Of a stretch of DNA of 64,000 bases, positions 53,690-64,000 are shown in pieces. The notes below the pieces were generated by a model that was not told the DNA's origin, searched no databases, and worked only from the letters and a program-made list of their open reading frames with translations. Every line of letters starts with the position of its first letter. Position 1 is the stretch's first letter. The stretch is from Pecten maximus (taxonomy: Eukaryota): the NCBI RefSeq assembly GCF_902652985.1, contig NC_047021.1, positions 38,874,001 through 38,938,000 of the forward strand. The letters are read 5' to 3'. A program made the translations under genes and the position numbers.

Positions 53690-54690
53690 TGGCAGCATCC
53701 ACTAGCAAGGATGGTATGTATGCAACTTGACTAGGGATTTTCATAGAAAAGACAAGCCGGAATTGGCTAGGGCTCCTCATAGCAAAGATGAGCTTACCGA
53801 AGCCAGGGAGCTTTCTAGCAAAAATTAGCCCAGCTTAGTAAGGGTCAGCTTCAGAGCAAATACATTATCCCAACTTTAGCTACGGACCATCCTGTTAAAG
53901 ACAAGCCCATTCAACCTTGACTAAAGGGACCTTCCTAGAAGTGAAAGTTAGCCGAATTACAACCAGGCTAGGGAGACATCTCGAAAACTTAAGGTGAGCC
54001 CAACTTCGCCAGGGAGCTTCCTAGCGAAACACAAGTCCAACTTGACCAGGAAGTTTTACAGACAAAGCCAATTTTGCTAGGGGCCTTCTGGGAAAATATT
54101 GGATTATTTCTTTGCAAGGGAGCTTCCTAGCAAAACACAAGTCCTACTTGACCGGAAAGTTTTACAGACAAAGCCAATTGGCTAGTGGGTTTGTGGGAAA
54201 ATGTTAGCCCATTTCTTTGCCAGAGAGCTTCCTAGCAAAGATGAGCCAATTTGGCTAAATAGAGCTTCTGGAAAAGACAAGCCCGATTTGATCAGGGAGC
54301 TTCGATCCTAACAAAGATGAGCCCAAATTGACAGGGAATTTTTTAGAAAAGACAACCCAATTTTGCTAGGGGGCTTCTGGCAAAATATGAGCTCATTTCT
54401 TTGCCAGGAAGCTTCCTTCCGAAGATTAGCTAATTTGGCTATAGGGAGCTGACAAGGAGGCTTCCTAACAAACATGAGCCAAAATTGACCAGGAAGCTTT
54501 CCAGAAAGGACAAGCCAATTTTTCTAGGAGGCTTCTGAGAAAATATGAGCTCATTTCTTCCTTCCTAAGATGAGCTAATTAGGCTAGAGGGAGCTTTTGG
54601 AAAAGACGAGCCCAAATTGATCAGAAAAGATAAGCCAATTCTGCTATGGAGTTTCAGGAAAGGATAAGCCCAACTTGGCCAAGGAGCTTA
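53690..54690. repeat. Old, diverged ~33-35-bp tandem array (GCCAGGGAGCTTCCTAGCAAA...AGCCCAA)
   Basis: Recurring GAGCTTCCTAGCAAA / GACAAGCCAATT motifs. Confidence 0.8.
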
Positions 54691-55364
54691 ATTGCTGGCA
54701 AGAATGTGCCATTACTGCCAGAGTTAAGTTCCAAGATAACTGCCTAGCAGGGACAGGGAGCTATGATCTTACCATGAACATGACAGTTTACCAAAGACGG
54801 TTATCTATATTAGGTACATGGATAACTTGTCCAGGATGTACCAGCTCTACAGTCGAAAACAAAACGATGGGCATTGGTTTTCCCCTATGTATCCTAGTTT
54901 AAAAACAAGGACAGGTTATTAATGGGTTGTCGAAAAGCCAGGTGAATTTGGCATCTAATACAACAACAAAATAAACAAGGTTTAAAGTAATTACATTCTG
55001 TATTGCATAATATAAATAGCGATCTATTTTAGAATTTATAGTGACGTCACTGACAAGAAGGAGATTTATTGAGTAGACAAAGCACAATGCTACCAAGTAC
55101 CAAGTTCACCTCATCAGAAATTCCCTTTTTAATAAAATTTTATATATATTGGTCTTGTGTGGGCTACCTGAGGTGAGGTTTAATCAAGGGGTAATGAAAG
55201 AGACAAGAGTGGTTATTAATTATTTATATTTCTATTACAGCCTAGGGACGTCTAGTTCTGGTTAACAGGAACACTTTCTTTTTACCTTCATCTAACATTA
55301 TTGGTAATATCATCAGCTCTCTTGCTGCAGTCAGTCAGGGCACAGGTATATTAATGGGTAAACC

Positions 55365-58195
55365 GTGCTGCAACAGATTCCACGGCCAGGTATATCATGT
55401 ATAATTTAACCTGCCACAGAGATTCTAGGGCCACTTATATTATGTATAATGTACACCTGCCACAGAGATCCAAGGGCCAGGTATATTATGTATAATGTAC
55501 ACCTGCCACAGAGATTTCAGAGCCAGGTATATTATTTATAATGTACACCTGTCACAGAGATTCCAGGGCCAAGTATAGTATGTATAATGTACACCTGCCA
55601 CAGAGATTTCAGAGCCAGGTATATTATGTATAATGTACACCTGCCACAGAGATTTCAGAGCCAGGTATATTATGTATAATGTACACCTGCCACAGAGATT
55701 CCAGGGCCCGGTATATTATGTATAATGTACCCTGCCACAGAGATTTCAGAGCCAGGTATATTATGTATAATGTACACCTGCCACAGAGATTTCAGAGCCA
55801 GGTATATTATGTATAATGTACACCTGCCACAGAGATTCCAGAGCCAGGTATATTATGTATAATGTACACCTGCCACAGAGATTTCAGAGCAAGGTATATT
55901 ATGTATAATGTACACCTGCCACCGATATTCCAGGGCCAGGTATATTATGTATAATGTACACCTGCCACAGATATTCCAGGGCCAGGTATATTATGTATAA
56001 TGTACACCTGCCACAGAGATTCCAGGGCCAGGTATATTATGTATAATGTACACCTGCCACAGAGATGTCAGAGCCAGGTATATTATGTATAATGTACACC
56101 TGCCACAGAGATTTCAGAGCCAGGTATATTATGTATAATGTACACCTGCCACAGAGATGTCAGAGCCAGGTATATTATGTATAATGTACACCTGCCACAG
56201 AGATTCCAGGGCCAAGTATATTATGTATAATGTACACCTGCCACAGAGATTCCAGGCCAGGTATATTATATATAATGTACACCTGCCACAGAGATGTCAG
56301 GGCCAGGTATATTATGTATAATGTACACCTGCCACAGAGATGTCAGAGCCAGGTATATTATGTATAATGTACACCTGCCACAGAGATTTCAGAGCCAGGT
56401 ATATTATGTATAATGTACACCTGCCACAGAGATCCAAGGGCCAGGTATATTATATATAATGTACACCTGCCACAGAGATGTCAGAGCCAGGTATATTATG
56501 TATAATGTACACCTGCCACAGAGATTTCAGAGCCAGGTATATTATGTATAATGTACACCTGCCACAGAGATGTCAGAGCCAGGTATATTATATATAATGT
56601 ACACCTGCCCACAGAGATTTCAGAGCAGGTATATTATGTATATGTACACCTGCCACAGAGATTCCAGGGCCAGGTATATTATGTACACCTGCCACAGAGA
56701 TTTCAGAGCCAGGTATATTATGTATAATGTACACCTGCCACAGAGATTTCAGAGCCAGGTATATTATGTATAATGTACACCTGCCACAGAGATTTCAGAG
56801 CCAGGTATATTATGTATAATGTACACCTGCCACAGAGATTCCAGGGCCAGGTATATTATGTATAATGTACACCTGCCACAGAGATTTCAGAGCCAGGTAT
56901 ATTATGTATAATGTACACCTGCCACAGAGATTCCAGGCCAGGTATATTATATATAATGTACACCTGCCACAGAGATTCAAGGCAAGTATAGTATAGTATA
57001 ATGTACACCTGCCCACAGAGATGTCAGAGCCAGGTATATTATATATAATGTACACCTGCCACAGAGATTCCAGGGCCAGGTATATTATATATAATGTACA
57101 CCTGCCACAGAGATGTCAGAGCCAGGTATATTATGTATAATGTACACCTGCCACAGAGATTTCAGAGCCAGGTATATTATGTATAATGTACACCTGCCAC
57201 AGAGATTCCAGGGCCAGGTATATTATGTATAATGTACACCTGCCACAGAGATTCAGGGCCAGGTATATTATGTATAATGTACACCTGCCACAGAGATGTC
57301 AGAGCCAGGTATATTATGTATAATGTACACCTGCCACAGAGATTTCAGAGCCAGGTATATTATGTATAATGTACACCTGCCACAGAGATGTCAGAGCCAG
57401 GTATATTATGTATAATGTACACCTGCCACAGAGATGTCAGAGCCAGGTATATTATGTATAATGTACACCTGCCACAGAGATTCCAGGGCCAGGTATATTA
57501 TGTATAATGTACACCTGCCACAGAGATTTCAGAGCCAGGTATATTATGTATAATGTACACCTGCCACAGAGATTCAGAGCCAGGTATATTATGTATAATG
57601 TACACCTGCCACAGAGATTCAAGGGACAGGTATATTATGTATAATGTACACCTGCCACAGAGATCCAAGGGCCAGGTATATTATATATAATGTACACCTG
57701 CCACAGAGATTTCAGAGCCAGGTATATTATATATAATGTACACCTGCCACAGAGATGTCAGAGCCAGGTATATTATGTATAATGTACACCTGCCACAGAG
57801 ATTTCAGAGCCAGGTATATTATATATAATGTACACATGCCACAGAGATTTCAGAGCCAGGTATATTATATATAATGTACACCTGCCACAGAGATGTCAGA
57901 GCCAGGTATATTATGTATAATGTACACCTGCCACAGAGATTTCAGAGCCAGGTATATTATGTAATGTACACCTGCCACAGAGATTTCAGAGCCAGGTATA
58001 TTATGTATAATGTACACCTGCCACAGAGATGTCAGAGCCAGGTATATTATGTATAATGTACACCTGCCACAGAGATTCTAGGACCAGGTATATTATATAT
58101 AATGTACACCTGTCACAGAGATTTCAGAGCCAGGTATATTATGTATAATGTACACCTGCCACAGAGATTTCAGAGCCAGGTATATTATGTAATGT
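55365..58195. repeat. 46-bp satellite GCCAGGTATATTATGTATAATGTACACCTGCCACAGAGATTTCAGA
   Basis: About 61 highly similar units. Confidence 0.97.
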
Positions 58196-59184
58196 AAAAC
58201 TACTAGAGGATCAAGGGTCAGATACAAACAATTATAAAAGCTGATGTCATTGATATTAAGTACATATTCATTTAAGTTTCCCCTATGCTGACCTTTATAT
58301 CATAACAAACACAATATTGTCTAAGTGTAATTGATATCAAGATGGAAACTTCCAAAACAGACTTCTGATCCAGAAAAACATAGTTAAAAAATGTCAAATA
58401 TCTCAAAATCCAGGAAGTAGTTTGATAAAATCAGGTGAATTAAAGGATGATCCATTTTTTAACAATTTCAAAATTAATTTGTCTGATAAATTCAAAGAGA
58501 ATCTGTTCCAAAATATAATTCAATCAGCTGTTAGCTTTTAAGTTTATATACAATTACCTGAAAATTAACCCAATGAAGACCTCACACAAACTGGTTTCTT
58601 CATTATATACCAATAAAACAATCAACATTTTTTGTAGTTTAACTTGATTAAGCCATGGTCTTCTGATCAATCATTAGTCAATACCTACAATATAAGCAGG
58701 TGGACGGTTTCATTCACATTATTTATACTATAAACAATACCATTGTTCTCCTCTCTACCAATCAATACCGTAGATACATATTGTCACACTGGCCACATGA
58801 CCATGGAGTAATCATAACTGAATGAACATTATGTATTTATCCATATATGAATCGCCTCCAGCATATAGAACTTTGGAAACATTACCAGTAATACCGCACA
58901 GCCGAACACCACATGGCATCTTGTTTATCCCTTAGACTCTCTGTCTATCCCTGATCATGAAAGTTGTACTATTGGACTAAATGTTTCATATGAACCTTAA
59001 ACAGTAAAGGCAGCTGGTCTTACAAGTAACAAAGATGAAGTCATTGACCCTATAATAACCTAAGTTACAACAATGGATTCCACACTCCACTGATTTCACA
59101 CTCTGACTAACTTCATCCTCCAATGACTCCATCCATCCTCTACAGATTTAACACTTTACTGAACACTATAACAAAGACTCCTAA

Positions 59185-60215
59185 ACTCTCACACTCCAAC
59201 AATCCCACACTCTAACAACCCCACACTCCAACAATCCCACACTCCAACAATCCCACACTCCAACAACCCCACACTCCAACAATCTCACACTCCAACAATC
59301 CCACACTCTAACAATCCCACACTCTAACAATCCCACACTCTAACAATCCCACACTCTAACAACCCCACACTCTAACAATCCCACACTCTGACAATCCCAC
59401 ACTCTAACAACCCCACACTCCAACAAATCAACACTCCAACAATCCCACATTCCAACAATCCCACACTCTAACAATCCCACACTCCAACCATCCCACATTC
59501 CAACAATCCCACATTCCAACAATCTCACACTCTAACAATCCCACACTCTGACAATCCCACACTCTAACAATCCCACACTCTAACAATCCCACACTCCAAC
59601 AATCCCACACTATAACAACCCCACACTCTAACAATCCCACACTCCAACAATCCCACACTATAACAACCCCACACTCTGACAATCCCACAATCCATTACAC
59701 TCCCACACTCTAACAACCCACACATTCTAACAATCCCACACTCTAACAATCCCACACTCTAACAACCCCACACTCTGACAATCTTACACTCCAACAATCC
59801 CACACTCTAACAACCCAACACTCTAACAATCCCACACTCTAACAACCCAACACTCTAACAACCCCACACTCTAACAATCCCACACTCCAACAATCCCACA
59901 CTATAACAATCCCACACTATAACAACCCCACACTATAACAACCCCACACTCTGACAATGCCACTCCATAAATCCCACACTCCAACAAATCAACACTCAAA
60001 CAATGCCACACTCCGACAATCCATTACACTCCAACACTCCAACAATCCCACACTCCAACAATCCCACACAACAACAATTCCACACTCCAACAATCCCACA
60101 CTCCAACATTCTCACACTTCAATAATCCCACACTACAACAATCCCACACTACAACAATCCCACACTACAACACTACAACACTACAACGTCTCCACATTCC
60201 CACATTTCCACACTT
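59185..60215. repeat. 16-bp minisatellite CCACACTCYAACAATC
   Basis: About 60 units; almost no G on the + strand. Confidence 0.95.
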
Positions 60216-60489
60216 CAATATCTCCCCATTCCAATGAATCCATTTCCCAGCTACAGTCCAATTTGTCTCTTCCCATTTTTGGGGACTATTTCCCTGCCTC
60301 TCACTCTGAATTGTTACATATGAATTCAGCATACCTCCGAAACCTTGCATCCATGCTGACCTTTGATAAATTCAATGTGGTTAAATCAATCCAACATAAG
60401 ACCAATGTTTTGTAAGGAACATTGAATAGAGGTAATGAAAACTATAATTTGATTTTTGTCAGGCTTTCTCCACCAGATTTCATATTGTT

Positions 60490-60952
60490 TATTTATGAGT
60501 CTTATATTGTTTATTTATAAGCCATACATTTTATACATTGTATATCTATAAGCCCTACATTGTATATTTATGATCCATATATTGTTTTTTAGCCATACAT
60601 TGTTTATTCATAAGTCATATATAATTATTGTATATCTTTGAGCCATACATTGTTTATTTTTGAGTCATACATTGTATATTTATTAGCCATACATTGTATA
60701 TTTATTAGCCATACACTTTTTATTAGCCATACATTGTTTATTTATTAGCCATACATTGTTTATTTATTAACCATAAACTGTTTGTTTTTGAGTCATACAT
60801 TGTTTATCTATTAGCCATACATTGTATATTTATTAGCCATACACTTTTTGTTAGCCATACATTGTTTATTTATAAGCCATACATTGTTTATTTATTAACC
60901 ATAAACTGTTTGTTTATTAGACATACATTGTTTATTATAAAGCCATACATTA
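60490..60952. repeat. ~22-bp minisatellite AGCCATACATTGTTTATTTATT
   Basis: About 20 units. Confidence 0.9.
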
Positions 60953-61917
60953 TTTCACAATTTATATATATATATCATGTATATCATATTTAAAAATCCA
61001 TATTCAAATTTGATACTCACCAAACTAAATCATAAAATATCTTAAACTGGTCTCCACAAAAAACATCCATATGCAACTTGAATTAAAAACAATTTTGTTT
61101 CAGAATTGATCAATCCATGGAAAAGCAAAACTCCAGTGCCTTTATTGAAAAAAAAGCCCAGTAACTCACTTCTGAAGAAACACATTTTTTTTTTATAATT
61201 CTTTCTCTCTCAAAAAAAATGAAACTCTTTTGTCCATTAGCGTTAATACTAACTGGTTCACCTGTAGCTTTTAGAAACATCAAATGTTTGCTGATTCATA
61301 AATCTATATTCACACGTCGCGGAAAAACCCAACCAGCTTGTTTGTCAAGGAAATCTATATATAAGGCCGTCCTTGCTTGGCAACAGATGTCGATATTACA
61401 CCGAGGTGAATCAACAATGCCTCGCTGTGTCGCTCAACTATACTTCTCAGTAAACACTCCAGCCAAGTAATCTGTATACTTGAAACCTTCGTGTGGTGTT
61501 GAAAATTGAATGGAGGAAAATTTGACTCCGTCATTTTTTATAAAATGTTATTTCAGCTACTGTTTTATAAACCGACTCGCCTTTGGAAGGGGGATCTCTG
61601 CTAAATTACAGAAATATAACAGTAATAAGCTGTTTCACATTAAAGACGGTAACCCCTCGCTATATTTAGAAGGAAAATTTTTTTTTACTCTCATATTCAA
61701 CGTTTTAGATAATCAGTAAAGCTACTTAATTATCTGGTACTCTGAGGTAAGAGATATACGCTGATTAAGACCCTCGGAAAGTTTTATGGTCAACACGACC
61801 TTAATTGGAACTATTCCATTTCCTTATGCGATATGTTGAAGTCAGACATGTTTGATGCTTGTTAAATGCCTTGTGGTTCTGAAGTTCTCATTTTGAGATT
61901 GAGACTTAACTCCAATC

Positions 61918-62097
61918 TGACCTAGATTTGTATGGTGGGTGTCGTCGTGACCTAGATTTGTATGGTGGGTGTCGTCGTGACCTAGATTTGTATGGTGGGT
62001 GTCGTCGTGACCTAGATTTGTATGGTGGATGTCTTCGTGACCTAGATTTGTATGTTGGGTGTCGTCGTGACCTAGATTTGTATGTTGGGTGTTGTTG
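61918..62097. repeat. 30-bp minisatellite TGACCTAGATTTGTATGGTGGGTGTCGTCG x6
   Basis: Direct inspection. Confidence 0.93.
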
Positions 62098-62742
62098 ATG
62101 AAGCAGAAGACGCTTAGTCTTCTGGAACACCTGGTCTTACTCTCTTCGTACCTACTCAAGGCTTTCTATGCAGATCTATGTTTTTCTTTCATATATTACT
62201 TGTCAATCTTGAGTTAAAATTACATTTTTGGTATTATGTCGATATTCTCTGACGCTTTTATCACAATGATCTGTCCATACTATGTACTAAGGTTTAAACG
62301 AATGATTGCACACAATTCTCCCCAGTATGGAGATTAGAAATTGCGGAAGACAAGTTTAAATAATTTAGATTTATCTAAACACAAAGACTAATTTTGCTGT
62401 TAATTGGATATTTAAGATAAATTTATGACGATGTTTTATTCCAACTAAAAGTAATTTCTACGCCTACATAGTTACCTTAGTATCGTAAATAGGTTCACTG
62501 CTGTGGATGTGTGCCTCAGGTTTTTCAATTTTTTTTGTAATAGTCATATGTTCTGGGCTGGCAGATTACATGACTGGGTCAACAAAGCGTTTTGTATATA
62601 AGGCAGGTTAGGTGCTCGAGTTACGACAGCAACACACTTGGAGTGTCGGGGATGATGTTTTACTCCTGGGGCAACACAATAACATACACTATCAATGTCA
62701 GTAATTTGTGTGTAAATATCTCGACTGGGGGAAATGATCAGG

Positions 62743-64000
62743 CAACCATCACAGTCTGGGACAGCCACACAAAGGTAACTATCTGTCGGGGACACTTACA
62801 CACAGGTAACCATCACAGCCTTGGACAGCCACACACAGGTTACCATCACAGCCTGGGACAGCCACACACAGGTAACCATCACAGTCTGGGACAGCCACAT
62901 ACAGGTAACTATCTGTCTGGGACACTCACACACAGGTAACCATCACAGCCTTGGACAGCCACATACAGGTACCCATCAGAGTCTGGAACAGCCACACACA
63001 GGTAACCATCACAGCCTGGGACAGCCACACACAGGTAACCATCACAGCCTGGGACAGCCACACACAGGTAACCATCACAGCCTGGGACACTCACACACAG
63101 GTAACCATCACAGCCTTGGACAGCCACATACAGGTAACCATCACAGTCTGGAACAGCCACACACAGGTAACCATCACAGCCTGGGACAGCCACACACAGG
63201 TAACCATCACAGCCTGGGACAGTCACACACAGGTAACGATCACAGCCTGGGACAGCCACACACAGGTAACCATCACAGCCTGGGACAGCCACACACAGGT
63301 AACCATCACAGCCTGGGACAGCCACACACAGGTAACCATCAGTCTGGAACAGCCACACACAGGTAACCATCACAGCCTGGGACAGCCACACACAGGTAAC
63401 CATCACAGCCTGGGACAGCCACATACAGGTAACCATCACCGCCTGGGACAGCCACACACAGGTAACCATCACAGCCTGGGACAGCCACACACAGGTAACC
63501 CTCACAGCCTGGGACAGTCACACACAGGTAACCATCACAGCCTTGGACAGCCACACACAGGAAACCATCAGTCTGGGACAGCCACACACAGTAACTATTT
63601 GCCTGGGACAGCCACACACAGGTAACCATCGCAGCCTGGGACAGTAACACACAGGTAACCATCACAGCCTGGGACAGCCACACACAGGTAACCCTCACAG
63701 CCTGGGACAGCCACACACAGGTAACCATCACAGCCTGGGACAGCCACACACAGGTAACCATCAGTCTGGAACAGCCACACACAGGTAACCATCACAGCCT
63801 GGGACAGCCACACACAGGTAACCATCACAGCCTGGGACAGCCACATACAGGTAACCATCACCGCCTGGGACAGCCACACACAGGTAACCATCACAGCCTG
63901 GGACAGCCACACACAGGTAACCCTCACAGCCTGGGACAGTCACACACAGGTAACCATCACAGCCTTGGACAGCCACACACAGGAAACCATCAGTCTGGGA
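62743..64000. repeat. 33-bp satellite CACACAGGTAACCATCACAGCCTGGGACAGCCA with a 422-bp higher-order repeat; runs off the window
   Basis: About 38 units; variant pattern starting at 63341 recurs at 63763. Confidence 0.96.

Noticed and set aside
59340-60415. ORFs such as (VGLLECG)n and the His/Thr-rich 152-aa ORF
   Set aside because: Products of the 16-bp repeat
61842-62159. His-rich ORF (HHTNLGHDDT)n and nearby gtaag donor
   Set aside because: 30-bp repeat translation; no acceptor tract; phase incompatible with exon 34849-34894
62592-63976. Long His/Thr/Cys-rich ORFs
   Set aside because: Translations of the 33-bp satellite, open on both strands, with no splice or homology support

Overview
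AT-rich animal genomic DNA, not prokaryotic. The SINE, Helentron-like (HINE) and minisatellite content suggests a bivalve mollusc, probably scallop-like (inference). The window holds the internal part of one minus-strand, large-intron gene. Six phase-compatible GT-AG exons (34849-34894, 34146-34310, 11450-11522, 6770-7099, 754-848, 375-455) plus one probable 54-nt cassette exon (2385-2438) encode about 260-280 aa of a charged, coiled-coil-like protein I cannot name; its start and stop lie outside the window. The introns contain an internally deleted piggyBac with intact ends, two SINEs with related 3' tails, Helentron-like elements, a decayed LINE RT fragment, a degenerate minimal hammerhead ribozyme and about 18 minisatellite arrays (roughly 12-13 kb). 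Most notable: inside the 22.6-kb intron two unrelated minisatellites each carry a 14-bp RFX X-box in their unit and a third carries about 30 forkhead sites, with isolated X-boxes nearby. This suggests repeat-built homotypic enhancer clusters for the RFX/forkhead ciliogenesis programme (hypothesis). A 109-bp tandem duplication has also copied a splice acceptor. Most listed ORFs are chance or repeat-derived.
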